NCBI GenBank assembly: GCA_965153355.1
Contig: OZ231126.1
Span: forward strand, 11,346,001 to 11,410,000
Direction of reading: 5' to 3'
Origin: Flaccisagitta enflata
Taxonomy: Eukaryota
Length of the DNA: 64,000 nucleotides
Under the pieces are notes generated by a model. It saw only the letters and a list, made by a program, of their open reading frames with translations. It had not been told where the DNA came from and did no database searches. The position numbers and the translations under genes were made by a program. Positions 28,293-41,269 of the stretch are shown one piece after another (within the stretch, counting starts at the first letter, position 1; every line of letters starts with the position of its first letter).

Positions 28293-28850
28293 CACCGTCC
28301 TCGGATCAGACTCTAAAATGCTAAACCTTTATAGCTCCTAAACCACTGAGAAAAAAGTCATGATATTTTCAGTGAATATTACTAACATGTGACAGTTTTT
28401 GTATGTCAAAGCTCAGATCCTAGTGTAGAAAAGGTGATGGGATAACATAATTTTGAAAGAACATCCATTTTTTAAGCAAAATTGTTTTTTTTTACCAGTT
28501 TTTTTTTGGAAGATGCTGTTTTTTTTTACAGAAAATGCAGCAGATTGATAAAACATTAGTTAACATCTGTCATCAAAAATAAATCCTTGAGTTTTGTTTG
28601 AAATGCAAAGCAATTTCAAGCAAATAAAGACAACTCCTTTCTAAGGAAATAGAGAAAAATTGATCTTAATTAAAAAATGGGTTTTCTTTCAATATTTGTT
28701 TTCCCTCACCTTTTCTATACTATGTTCTGAGCGTTGATGTGCAAAAACCGTCACATGTAACCAATATTCACTAAAAATTTCATGACTTTTCTCCTAGTGG
28801 TTTAGGAGCTATAAAGGTTTTGCATTTTACAGTCCGATCCGAAGACGGTG
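28293..28850. mobile_element. Foldback MITE with TA TSD (Tc1/mariner-like)
   Basis: TA|CACCGTCCTCGGATCAGACT ... AGTCCGATCCGAAGACGGTG|TA; inverted arms extend ~180 bp. A partial relative starts at 54645. Confidence 0.82.
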
Positions 28851-29884
28851 TACTAAGGACTTAGGACTTATGACTTTGTTCATTCAGTCTTTTCAGAATT
28901 TGGTTATTCAGCCTTGGCTTTGGACTTAGAACAAAGGACTAAGGACTTAGAACTTAGAACTTTGGTCATTCAGTCTTTTCGGTTATTCCGTTATTCAGCC
29001 TTGAGTTTGGTCCAACTCATGATTTACGGTGATTGAGATGCACAATAACTTATAAGGAAGAGGAAATGGAGAAACTCAGAGGCCATGAATAGCCGATGAC
29101 CTACGCTTTTACACTCCTTCGTGCGTGTACACGCTGCTGGCAGTAGCAGTAAATTACTAGTAATAGCCTACTGCAAGTAGCCTACCGCTACTGCGACTTT
29201 GGTAGCAGTGTATCCGGCCTTGTCCCTTTTTGGATGCGTCTGTCAGGAATGAATCTCTTTAAGAGGGTCTGTCCGTTGGTCCGTCCGTCCGTCCTTCCGT
29301 TGGTCCGTTTTGTTTGTCAGTCCGTCGGTCCGTCGGTCTGTTGGTCAGTCAGTCCGTTGCTCCATCGGTCCATCCATCCGTCACGCCTGCGCGAAAACCA
29401 CGTTTCTTGGCTGATTTTGGCCGCGGTGAGATCCTTTACTGAACCAAAGGATCAACTGAGGTATTTTGAGAGCTTGATCGTCTGGACCAATTCAAACTTA
29501 TGTATTTGGGCTCATTGCCTCGAGGTTCAAATGTCTGCCTCAAGGCTAATTGCTAAAGTCACAGTGACAAGACTCAAACAACAACCTCGAAAATCAAATC
29601 TCAGACTCAAGGACAAAAGAGTCAAAAGAGACCTCGCGATGTAAAACCCTACTCCCCTTCTTAGATTAACGCGATTTCTTGGACAACTTTGTAACTTTCT
29701 ATCGTCTCTTGCCCTTTTTACCAATAAAGGCGGCTAATCGCCGGCCGGAAAAAAGTCGTAAGTGGGAGTCTCTTTTTTTCAGTGCATGTTTATCTGTGTG
29801 TGCATGTCATGATGTCTGGTCGATTGCTTGTCAGTTTTTGTTATTCAATCTCTGTCTCTCTTTGCCTTTCCATCTTCCTTTGTC

Positions 29885-29963
<79 letters not shown>

Positions 29964-30013
29964 ATGTGTGTATGTGTGTGTGGTTGTGTGTGTGTGTTTG
30001 TGTATGTGTGTGT

Positions 30014-30139
<126 letters not shown>

Positions 30140-30861
30140 CAGAGTAAAATGCTAAAGCTAGCGTCATAAAAGTTGGAGTAAATTTGCGTAACATCTTGAC
30201 TATTCTCTGTTGGTACATTAGTGGAAAAATTTGGGATCAATGAAAAATATCGATCTTCGCGAAAATGCAAAAAATTAAAAAAGATTAAAAAATTCATAGC
30301 GCCAAAAATAATGATCGTAGAGACTTCTAGTTGGCGCCATTGGAAAGAAAAAAATTAGCTCTTTCTCAGCTGTGAATATGAAAAAATGTATCATCCCAGG
30401 CAGGAAATGGCTCAACTTCCTAAAGTTCCCCAAATCAAAAATAGAAAACCCGATTTCTCCCCTACGTTTCAAAAAGTCGAATTACGTAATTCGACTTTTT
30501 TCCAACAACTTGCCATTTTGGCGCTGTGTCTTACTCCTCCTGAGGCAACTCGGTTACAACTTGTGATATTAGAAAGTTCGTCTCCCGCGTGTGTTTGTTG
30601 TTTTTCCTCCTTTTGTTTGTTCTGCCTTGATCCTTGTTTGGTCTTTGTTTACTTTTCCTTTACTTCCTTTTAATATCAACTTGTTTTCATGCCGGTTTTC
30701 AATCTCTTTTTTTCTTACTCGCTTTTTGTCTTTTTTTTCTTTTTTTTTTGGTCCATCCTTTCCAGCCCCTTTTTGACATTTCGATCTCAAAATGCTCCGC
30801 CCAATTTTATGACCATTTCAGACTCAAAAAGTGAGAAAAGGAAGCTTTTTCTTTTCTTTTT

Positions 30862-30979
30862 AGGTGCGACGAAGCACCTCTATGACTGGCTCTGTCCGTC
30901 GGTCGGTCGGTTGGTCTGTCTGTAACGCATTCGTTCGACGATCAACACGTCGCACCTTATTGGCCTACTTAGCCTTGTT
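30862..30979 (+). mobile_element. Minimal (118-bp) Helentron/DINE-like element, family E
   Basis: TT|AGGTGC gacgaa GCACCT hairpin; (GTCG)n; 3' subTIR CGTCGCACCT (complement of AGGTGCGACG); ggcctacttagcc stem-loop; TTGTT. Confidence 0.78.
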
Positions 30980-32145
30980 CTTGTTCTTTTGGCTCGACGA
31001 TTCATTTCATATTCGTCAGATCTCGTTGATTTCACAGACTTACATCGATCACACGCATTAATATCCATTGCTCCTTTGAATTTTACATCTCATAAGTAAA
31101 TCAAATCCTTTCCCTTGAATTCCGACCAAGTGTTGCATCGACAGTTTTCGACACTCATTCTTCCACCAAGGACAACACCAACATCATCACCACTACAGAT
31201 TAAACCCACTACTTGACTTCTGCCACGACAATCATTCTTATTTCCTTTCCTATCACCACCACCATTATTCCCACTTTCACAAGTTCACAACCACAGAAGA
31301 AAGTTGAGTATACCCCCCCTCCCGGTCAGACGACGAACGTAGCCTTAGATGTGTAAAAGACTTTTTTAGGGTACCATCATTTTTTACCGAGCAAACTAAA
31401 GATTCTCTGTTGCATTATTCTCAATTTTATGGATAAAAAAATAAACTACCGGAAAATTCTTTGGCCAGTTTCTAGTCTTTGATTACAAATGGTTCTCGAA
31501 GATTGTGAAACATAGTGCTATAGAAAAAGTAGAGAAGTGTTGATCAACCATTTTGTGCATCAATTTTGTTGAACAACAAAATGCTCTGTTGATGCAAGTT
31601 ATGATGACTGCTGATGAGCATTTTTTTCTTTCCTAATTGACATTTTCATCCTTTCTTTTATCCAACTTCTATGGCCGGAAGAATTGATCTAACAATGGAT
31701 TCTACTTAAAAAGACATGAATCTATGGGAATCAAGAAAAATTCTTCCGCCAATTTAGGTACCCTGCGTACCCCCCCCCCTGCCTCCCGGTGGGGGAGGGA
31801 GAAACAAAATCAAAGGGTTTGGAGATGGGGAAAAAATCAAGAGCTAGAAAAAAAAAGTAAAAAGAATTTTTTTTAAGATTTAACACTTTTGGTAGTTCCA
31901 AAAGGTAATATTTGATTACTTCAACACAATTTAACACTATTTAAACCTAGAAAACTGTTTTATTGCTTTTTTGGGAAAGAAAATCATATACTTTGTAATG
32001 CCACGCGATGCAACGCGGGGTAGAAAATCAAAGGCGGGGGGGGGGGAATAAAATCAAATGCCACTCAATTATATACACCCCCTGAAAAAAATACAATAGA
32101 AAAAAAAAACACCATCATCGATACCAAACCAGCCTCCCCGTTTCA

Positions 32146-32211
<66 letters not shown>

Positions 32212-32213
32212 AG

Positions 32214-32438
32214 GCAACATTATCGTGAGTGATCGTCGTGGTCGGTCCGTCTACTTGTACTCTTCCGACGGTAGTTTAATGCACACGATCGCGGGAGGTC
32301 TCCACTGTCCGGATTTGAAGGAACCCAGGATGGTTTGCGCGGGAAAGAAAGACGACATCCTCGTCATAGACAGAGTCATCAGCGCCATCAAGATCTTCGA
32401 CAAGAATGGCAAATACAAAAGAACAATTGGATCCAGAG
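32214..32438 (+). CDS. Internal exon of NHL-repeat protein gene (phase 1 / phase 1)
   Basis: (CT)n-tttcAG acceptor, G|GTGAGG donor. Encodes GNIIVSDRRGRSVYLYSSDG...LKEPRMVCAGKKDDILVIDRVISAIKIFDKNGKYKRTIGSRG (NHL repeats). Confidence 0.9.
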
Positions 32439-32515
32439 GTGAGGACAAGAGGTGGATGTTGTTGTTGTTGTCGTTGTTGTTGTTGTCGTTGTTGTTGTTG
32501 TCGTTGTCGTTGTCG

Positions 32516-32618
<103 letters not shown>

Positions 32619-32823
32619 CATCGCTGTTGTTGTCGTACATTTTCTTGTTTGGTTGTACTACTATGTTCTGTCAAAGAAACGGTTGAGGAGTGTCATCAAA
32701 AATCTCTTATAAGACATACCGTTACAACTAACGAACAGGCGCATTGCGCAAACATGACCTCGTTTGGTTCGTAAGGTTTTAGGTGAATGGTTCTGAATCA
32801 ATTCCGTTAGACAAATTGACTGA

Positions 32824-33082
32824 TGGCGTGTTTCTAGTGACGACCAAAAACGCGTTTGTTCCTCTGAAACGCGTTAGAAGCGTGAATATATATTCTGGAT
32901 TTTCAACTGTCCCACGAGGGAGTGAGTAAAGTGAGTGAGCGAGCTCGTGAACAGAGCGAGTGAGCAAAGTGAGCATAGCAAAGCGGAACGCTGCGGAGTG
33001 GAGAAAGCGGATTGAGCGGTACGAGCGAACAAATGTAGCAAGCGTCCGAGTGGCCCGATTGTCTCTGACTAGAAACGCTCCA
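32824..33082. mobile_element. PIF/Harbinger (Tourist)-like MITE; inverted sister of 62061-62329
   Basis: TIR (T/G)GGCGTGTTTCTAGT / ACTAGAAACGCTCCA; GAGCGA-rich interior aligns in reverse with the 62061 copy; flanks tga/tca. Confidence 0.65.
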
Positions 33083-34096
33083 TCAAAGTACTCACCGCTC
33101 TCTCCATGATCCCATCCCAGACCCCCGTGAGAAAAATAAGGCCATATGATGTGCCATATGAATGAACTAATGAGATTAATCCCCACCGCAAGGATTATAA
33201 AAGAATATAATGCGATTCATTACTAATTAGAGAAAGGGGGAAAAAAGAATATAAAAAGCTTTTGAGCAAAAGGCAAGTTCTAGATTAATGAAATTGCTCC
33301 AAGGTTAGGAGGTAGAAGACAGACGACTAAGGATAGAAGATAAGAGATAGAAAATGGAAGATAGAGGATTAGCGGTGAAGACTGAAAAATGAAGATAGAT
33401 GCTAGAAGAGAACAGATTGAAGGTAGAAGATAGACGACCAGGTAAACCGATAGATATAAGAGAGATGATCGATGACTACCCTCGCCTGTGAGCTTTTCAT
33501 GAAAATGGGATGGAATGGTGTTTTTTTTTTTCAACTCAAAGCATGTTCCATCATTACTCGCGTGGTTATCTGTAAAAACAAGGACAATCCTACTAGTGGC
33601 GTGAGGTTTGGCAGGGGCAGTAATGGCGCTAAAACAAAAAACCACTCGTAATCACCCCCGCCCCAGCCCCCGCCAGAGTCTCCTTCTGGAGTGACTTTGA
33701 ACACGCCTATAGGCAATTAGGCATTGGGGAATACAACAAGGCCAGATACACGGCAAGAAAGTCGCGGTCAGTTGGGCAAGGGCAATATTGCAAAAACCGC
33801 TCGCAATTCAATGAAATATTTCGGACGGACCGATGGACGGACCGCGACCAACAACATCAAAGTGACGGACTGACCGTCACACCAACCACCAGAATGGCGC
33901 GCACGCGACTAATACGGATCTGGCAAGGAAGCAAAGAGAGGGTTTTGAAATGGAGTTATATAAAAAACAGAGGGAATAGGGGAACGAGGAATGAATGAAT
34001 GAATGAATGAATGAATGAATGAATGAATGAATGAATGAATGAATGAATGAATGAAGGAAAAAATGAGTGAAAAAATGAATGAATGAAGGAGAAAAT

Positions 34097-34606
34097 ATTA
34101 GTCGCAAAAGCGTTAGGTGGTCGGCAGCACCCGTGCCCTGCTTAGGTAAGTCATGTTTGTAGTTGAGGGTAGGAGCAGGGCAGCGACCCCAAAGGGGTCG
34201 ATGACCTATGCTTCCACACAGGTGAATTTCCTCCTTCTTCCCCTCCAAACCCGCCCCTCAACCTTAAGGCTCATATCTCAGCCTCGAGGCCTCGAGGCCA
34301 TATCCCAGCCTTGAGGCCCAAATTCCAGTGTTGAGGCCCAAATCCCACAAGGCTGGGATTTGGGCCTTGCAAATAAGACTTTGGCCTTAAGATAGGATTT
34401 GGGCCTTGAGGTTGGGATTTGGACCTCAAGACTGGGATTTGGGCCTCAAGACTGGGATTTGGGCCTCAAGGCTAGGATATGGGCCTCGAAGCTGAGATAT
34501 GGACCTGGAGGATGGGGGGGGGGGGGGGGCGGGTACGGAGGTGAAGAAGGACAAAATTCCCCCATGTGAAATGCAAAGGTCATCTTCCTCTTCGGGGCCG
34601 CTGCCC
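34097..34606 (-). mobile_element. Family B (subfamily B2) element
   Basis: tagtCGC aaaa GCGtta tail; gggcagcgaccccaaaggggtcgatgacctatgc ... ttcggggccgctgccc|aaaa; internal foldback of 20-bp repeats. Confidence 0.78.
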
Positions 34607-34715
34607 AAAAAGGAATGAAAGAAATAAAGAGAGGTTAAATTAAAGAGGGAAAGCTAAACAAAATCTTTCTACGATGGAAAAGGAGATGGAAAAGGAAAAG
34701 GAGAGAGAGGAAGAA

Positions 34716-34865
<150 letters not shown>

Positions 34866-35079
34866 TAAGAGAGAGAGAGTGAGAAAGAGAGAGAGCACAC
34901 AAAGAAAGTTGATAAATGGGTTGAGCTGACATTATTGTGTTAACTCGAAATGAAGGAAGGAGAAAGATTGGGGGTAAAGGGCAGTGCAGCGTTAGGGGAA
35001 TCACAGAGAAAAATGAAGCAGCAGCTCTTTTACCGGCATTCGCGTCTTTTCGCGGCCCCTCCGTGTCCTTGTTGGAGCC

Positions 35080-36170
35080 ACCTCTTGTACCCACTGCAAC
35101 CTCCTCATGCCCTCATTGCAGCGTCCTCACGTGATTATGTCAAGCTCCTCATGTCCTCATTACAGCCTCCTGCATTACCATATGCGGGCTTCTCATGCCG
35201 TAAATGGACCCTCCTTGTGCCCTCATTGCGGCCCCCTATTGTGATCATGTCCTCATTTTGGGATCCTGTTGTCCTCATCACAGCCTCCTCATGTCCTTTT
35301 GCGGGCTTCTCATGCCATAAATGGAGCCTCCTTATACCCTCATTACGGCCTCTTCATGTGATCATGTCCTCATTTCGGGCTCCTCATGTCGTCATCACAG
35401 CCTCCTCATGTCCTTTTGCGGGCTTCACATACAGTAGATCTCGTCTAGACTTGAGATAACGGGGGCAAGCATTGTAGGAAAACAAATAAAGCCAGGGGAG
35501 TGATATTTCAAACATAGATCAATAATGAGATGCTTTATTGCCCATAATAGCTGGTTGCCATGGAAACACATTTCCATGTATACTCGCTAAAGTATCAATA
35601 TTTTGAGAAATTTTTTTAAGGAACATTGCTTAAAATAAAATTTGCTGCAACTTTCCCACAGTATGTTCTGTAAGAATGTCGCTCGTTTAGCGGTTGCTAG
35701 GGGTCGTCACACATGGATACCTCTGGCAGCGGCCCAAACGGGCGGCGTTCTTGGGGAACATCTGTGGGAGATTATGGTATTGAAATGTTCTATAAAATCT
35801 CTCAAATATTGATACTGCGATGCATGGATATGTTCCATGGCAATAATATCATGAAAGTGTCATCCTTTGATTAATCTATAACCCAAATATCGCTCCCTTG
35901 CCTTCACTCGTCTTTCCACAATGCTTGCCCCCGTAATCTCAAGTCTAGACGAGATCTACTGTACCGTCAATGGAATCCTTTATGCCCTCATCGCGGTCTC
36001 TTTCGCCTCATACCCGCATTGCAGCGTTCTCATATCCTTACTGCAGCCTCATTATGCCCTAATTGCAGCTTCCTTATGCCCCCATTGCAGCTTCATTATG
36101 CCCTTATTGCAGCCTCCTCATGCCCTTGTCTCTGCTTCCTCATGTCCTCATGCCTCCATTGCAGCCGCTT
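35080..36170. repeat. Degenerate ~22-bp minisatellite (GCAGCCTCCTCATGCCCTCATT) interrupted by a MITE
   Basis: Units visible on both sides of 35432-35961. Confidence 0.75.
35432..35961. mobile_element. Tc1/mariner (pogo/Tigger-like) MITE, TA TSD
   Basis: TA|CAGTAGATCTCGTCTAGACTTGAGAT..GGGGGCAAGCATTG ... CAATGCTTGCCCCC..ATCTCAAGTCTAGACGAGATCTACTG|TA; second copy at 54090-54642. Confidence 0.87.
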
Positions 36171-36525
36171 TGACGATCCACTGGCTGCTTTTGTTGGCCT
36201 ACTAGATCTTGTTCCTCAGTTACAATCGATATCTTCAGCTCGTTGAAATCATTCTTGAGTTACAGTTTGAGGTCAGCCAAAGATATAACGTCATAAATCT
36301 TGTTTTAGGACATAAAGTCTGCTTATGGCGAGCCCAATTCTTTATTATATCCGCGGTTATGTTTGGCGAGTCTCACTTCCTTCTAAGCTTTTCTAGATTA
36401 TCCCAATATTTCTTCCTGCCCAAGTTCTTTTTTTCTCCAACCGACTCTTCCCATCAGATCTGTCTGTCTGTTTCTACCGCATTCATCAATGGCTATTTTT
36501 GTATACTTTCTTCCTTTCTTTCTTC

Positions 36526-36580
<55 letters not shown>

Positions 36581-36752
36581 TCCTTGTTTCTTTCTCTCTC
36601 TCTCCCCTAACTTCCTTTTTCCTTTCTTAATCATAACGACTCTCCATTGCTATAATTAATTCAATTATTCTTCTTTCCATCTGTCATTTCTCAGTTAATC
36701 TATCCTAAACACTCTGTCCCTTTCATACCCAATTTCTTCCCTATTCATTTTT

Positions 36753-38077
36753 GGGCAGCGGCCCCGAAGGGGCCGATGACCTATGCTTTCACACAGGGGA
36801 AATTTTTCCTTCTCCTCCTCCTTCTCCGTCCACCCCCCTTGAAGCTCATATCCTGGCCTTGGGGCCATAATCCTAGTCTAGAGGCCCAGATCCTAGTCTA
36901 GAGGCCCAAATTCTAGCCTCAAGGCCCAAATCCTTGCCTCCAGACTCAAATCCCAACCTTGAGGCTCAAATCCCAGTCTAGAGGCCCATATCCCAGCCTC
37001 GAGGCCCATATCCCAGCCTCGAGGCCCATATCCCAGCCTCGAGGCCCATATCCCAGCCTCGAGGCCCATATCCCAGCCTCGAGGCCCATATCCCAGCCTC
37101 GAGGCCCATATCCCAGCCTCGAGGCCCATATCCCAGCCTCGAGGCCCATATCCCAGCCTCGAGGCCCATATCCCAGCCTCGAGGCCCATATCCCAGCCTC
37201 GAGACCCATATCCCAGCCTCGAGGCCCATATCCCAGCCTCGAGGCCCATATCCCAGCCTCGAGGCCCATATCCCAGCCTCGAGGCCCATATCCCAGCCTC
37301 GAGGCCCATATCCCAGCCTCGAGGCCCATATCCCAGCCTCGAGGCCCATATCCCAGCCTCGAGGCCCATATCCCAGCCTCGAGGCCCATATCGAGGCCCA
37401 TATCCCAGCCCCGAGGCCCATATCCCAGCCTCGAGGCCCATATCCCCAACCTCGGCCCATCCCAGCCTCGAGGCCCATATCCCAGCCTCGAGGCCCATAT
37501 CCTAGCCTCGAGGCCCATATCTCAGCCTTGAGGCCCAATCCAGCCTCGAGGCTCACATCCCAGCCTCAAGGCTCACATCCCAGCCTTGAGGCTCACATCC
37601 CAGCCTAAACCCTCAAATCCAAGCCTCAAGCCTCAAATCCTAGCCTTGAGGCTCAAATCACAGCCTCATGGCTCAAATCACAGCCTAAAGCATCAAATCA
37701 TAGCCACGAGGCTCAAATAAGAGCCTCATGGCTCAAATCACAGCCTAGATACTCAAATCCCAGCCTCGAGGCTTGTATCCCAGCCTCAAGCCTCATATCC
37801 CAGCCTCAAGCCTCAAATACCAGCCTTGAGGCTCAAATCACAGCCTCAAGGCTCAAATCACAGACTTGAGGCTCAAATCACAGATTCGAGGCTCAAATCA
37901 CAGCCTCATGGCTCAAATCACAGCTTTGAGGCTCAAATTCAATCCTAGAGCATCATAACTTACTAAGCATAGGTCATCGGCCCCTTCGGGGCCGCTGCCC
38001 CTCTCACCATCACACATCACATATACTCACATAGGGGCAACGGGTACCGCTGACCATCTAACGCTTTTGCGACTATT
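36753..38077 (+). mobile_element. Family B2 element carrying an expanded 20-bp tandem array (GAGGCCCATATCCCAGCCTC)
   Basis: GGGCAGCGGCCCCGAAGGGGCCGATGACCTATGC is inverted at ~37967-38000; homogeneous 20-mers at ~36980-37390; tail cgggtaccgctgacc..CGC tttt GCG actatt. Confidence 0.82.
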
Positions 38078-38134
38078 TCTCATTTCCTCACTTCCGTCTC
38101 TCCATCCTTCCTGCCTTCCTCTCTTCCTTTTTTT

Positions 38135-38879
38135 GGGCAGCGGCCACGAAGGGGACGAAGTCCTGTAGAACACAGGGGGACTTTCGTTCGTCCGTCCGTC
38201 CGTTCGTCCGTTCGTTAGTCCCCCCCTTCATCAGACCCCTCAGGCCTCAAAGTCAGCCTCTCAGGCCTCAAAACCAGCCTCTCAGGCCTCAGATCTGGCC
38301 CTTCAGGCCTCAGATCTGGCCCTTCAGGCCTCAGATCTGGCCTCTCAGGCCTCAAATCTGGCCTCTCAGGCCTCAAATCTGGCCTCTCAGGCCTCAAATC
38401 TGGCCTCTCAGGCCCCAAATCTGGCCTCTCAGGCCTCAAATCTGGCCTCTCAGGCCTCAAATCTGGCTTCTCAGGCCTCAAATCTGGCTTCTCAGGCCTC
38501 AAACCTGGCCTCTCATGCCTCAAACCTGGCCTCTCATGCTTCATATTAAGCCTCTCAGGCCTCAAATCAGTCCTCTGGCCTTTCAAGCCTTAATCCAGCT
38601 CTCTCAAGCCTTAAGTCAGCCCTCTCAAGCTTCCAATCGGCATTCTCAGGCCTTATATCAGCCTTCTTAGACCTCAGTTTAGGCTCTTGAGTGCCTTCAG
38701 TCAGTCCTCTATAGCATCTCATCCACTTCCTCAGGTAGGACGAACGTAAGTCCCCCTGTGTTCTACAGGACTTCGTCCCCTTCGGGGCCTCTGCCCTGCT
38801 TCCCCTCACTCCAATTCACAATCACTCAAAGCAGGGCAGCGGGTATCGCTTACCACATATTGCCCTTGGGCGACCTGTT
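38135..38879 (+). mobile_element. Family B1 element with 21-bp internal repeats
   Basis: Long IR GGGCAGCGG..GACGAAGTCCTGTAGAACACAGGGGGACT; (AGGCCTCAAATCTGGCCTCTC)n; tail GCCC tt GGGC gacctgtt. Confidence 0.82.
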
Positions 38880-38940
38880 TTTCCTTCCTTCCTTTCCACA
38901 ATCCTTCCTTTCTTTCTTCTTTTCCTTTCTTCCTTCTTTT

Positions 38941-39669
38941 GGGCAGAGGCCCCGAAGGGGACGAAGTCCTGTAGAACACAGGGGGACTTTCGTTCGTCCG
39001 TTCGTCCGTTCGTCCGTCCGTCCGTTCGTTAGTCCCCCCCTCACCAGGCCCCTCAGGCCTCAAATCTGGCCTCTGAGACCTCAAATCTGGCCTCTCAGGC
39101 CTCAAATCTGGCCTCTCAAGTTTCAAATCCAGCCTCTCAGGCCTCATATCCAGCCTCTCAGGCCTCAAATCCGGCCTCTCAGGCCTCAAATCCAACCTCT
39201 CAGGCCTCAAACCTGGCCTTTCAGGCCTCAAATTAGGCTTCTCAGGCCTCAAATCCAAATTTTCAGGCCTCAAACCTGGCCTCTCAGGCCTCTCAGGCCT
39301 CAAATTAGGCCTCTCAGGCCTCAATTCATCGCTCTCAGGCTTCAAATCAGTCGTCTGACCTTTCAAGCCTTAATCCAGCTCTCTCAAGCATCAAGTCAGC
39401 CCTCTCAAGCTGATGGCATTCTGAGGCCTTACATCAGCCGTCTTAGACCTCAGTTTAGGGCCTAAACTATAGGCTCTTGAAGGCCTTTAGTAAGCCCTCT
39501 ATAGCAACTCATCCACTTCTTCAGGCAGGACGAACGAAAGTCCCCCTGTGTTCTACAGGACTTCGTCCCCTTCGGGGCCGCTGCCCTGCTTCCCCTCACT
39601 CCAATTCACAATCACTCAAAGCAGGACAATGGGTATCGCTGACCACATATTGCCCTTGGGCGACCTGTT
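38941..39669 (+). mobile_element. Family B1 element (close sister of 38135-38879)
   Basis: Same IR, same internal repeats and a nearly identical tail. Confidence 0.82.
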
Positions 39670-39695
39670 CTTCCTTCCTTCCTTCCAACGTTTTT

Positions 39696-40274
39696 GGGCA
39701 GCGGCCCCAAAGGGCCGATGTCCTGTAGGACACAGGGGTGAATTTCCATACGTACGTACGTCCGTCCGTCCGTCCCCCCCCCCCCGAAGCTTCTCAAGCC
39801 TCTCAAATCCAGCCTCTCAGGCCTCAAATTTGGCCTCTCAGGCCTCAAATCCAGCCTGCCAGGCCTCAAATCCAGTCTCCCAGGCCTCAAATCCAACCTC
39901 TCAGGCCTCAAATCCAGCCTCTCAGGCCTCAAATCCAGCCTCTTGGGCCTCAAATCCAGCCTCTTGGGCCTCAAATCCAGCCTCTCAGGCCTCAAATCCA
40001 GCCTCTTTGGCCTCAAATCCAGCCTCTTGGGCTTTATATCCAGCCTCTCAGACCTCAAGTTCCCATTGAATAACATGGCAAATTGACAAAAAATTGAAAA
40101 AAATGCAAAATTCCAAAATGTGCCCTCTCAGGACATATGGAAATTCACCCCTGTGTCCTACAGGACATCGGCCCTTTGGGGCCGCTGCCCTGCTCTCACT
40201 CCACTTCTTCAGCTAATCACTCCAAGCAGGGCATCGGGTACCGCTGACCATGTGCGATCCTTGGATGACTTGTT
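39696..40274 (+). mobile_element. Family B3 element
   Basis: IR GGGCAGCGGCCCCAAAGGGCCGATGTCCTGTAGGACACAGGGGTGAATTTCC; 21-bp repeats; tail ATCC tt GGAT gacttgtt. Related copies at ~21635-21955, 49423-49755 and 55200-55341. Confidence 0.8.
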
Positions 40275-40661
40275 CCTACCTTCCTGCCTTCTTTCCTACC
40301 TTCTTTCCTTCCTCCCTTCCTCTCCTCATTCCTGCCTTCCATTCTTCCTTCCTTTCTGTTTCCTTTCTTCCCTCCTTTCATTCTTGCCTTATGGCCTCAT
40401 TCCATCGTTTCCTCCTTCCCTTCTTCCTTCCTTCCTTCCTTGCTTCCTTCCTTCCGTCCTTCCTTCCTTTCTTCCTACCTTCCTTCCTCTCGACCTTCTA
40501 TACTTCCTTCCTTCCCTCATTCCTTCCGTTCCATCTACATCAAACATCCCCTCTTTCATTCAATACTTCCCACCTCCCTGTTTCATTCCTTTCTTCCTCC
40601 TTGTCTATCTACCTTCCAGTTTTTCCTTCTTTATCCACTTGCCCTTCCTTCCTTCCTTTTT

Positions 40662-41268
40662 GGGCAGCGGCCCCGAAGGGGTCGATGACCTATGCTTTCA
40701 CACATATGGGGGATTTTCTCCTTCTCCTTCTCCTTCTCCTCCTCCTACTTCCCCCCCCCTCAAATCCCAGTCTCGAGGCCCAAATTCCAGTCTCGAGGCC
40801 CAAATCCCAGTCTTGAGGCCCACATCCCAGCCTCAAGGCCCAAATCCTAGCCTCAAGGCCCAAATCCTAGCCTGGAGGCCCAGATTTCAGTCTTGAGGCC
40901 CAAATCTCAGCCTCAATGTCAAAATCTCCGCCAAGAGGCCAAGATCCACGCCTTGAGGCCCAAATCTCCGCCTCCAGGCTAGGATTTGGGCCTTGAGGCT
41001 AGGATTTGGGCCTTGAGGCTGGGATGTGGGCCTCAAGACTGGGATTTGGGCCTCGAGACTGGAATTTGGGCCTAAAAACTGGGATTTGAGGGGGGAGGGA
41101 CGGAGGAGGAGGAGGAGGAGAAGGAGAAGGAGAAAATCCCCCATATGTGTGAAAGCATAGGTCATCGACCCCTTTGGGGCCGCTGCCCTGCTCCCCCCTC
41201 AACTTCAACCACAACCTACTTAGGCAGGGCACGGGTACCGCTGACCATCTAACACTTTTGCCACTATT
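40662..41268 (+). mobile_element. Family B2 element with ~220-bp foldback arms
   Basis: 40662-~40880 is the near-perfect reverse complement of ~40970-41188; family B tail follows. Confidence 0.82.
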
Positions 41269-41269
41269 C

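Larger units (their letters stand above)
25795..28960. repeat. Degenerate 7-bp minisatellite (GGACTTA)n interrupted by three TIR elements
   Basis: ttaggacttaggact units at 25795-25890, 26705-26730, 28279-28290 and 28853-28960. Confidence 0.8.

Noticed and set aside
37960-38077. Family B tail as an HDV-like or hammerhead ribozyme
   Set aside because: The nested pseudoknot and the CUGANGA/GAAA cores could not be identified by eye; a cmscan would be needed.
36893-40896. Repetitive ORFs (GLEAGIWASRLGYGPRGWD; RPERPDL; PLRPQIQ)
   Set aside because: Translations of the 20/21-bp tandem cores of family B elements, open on both strands.
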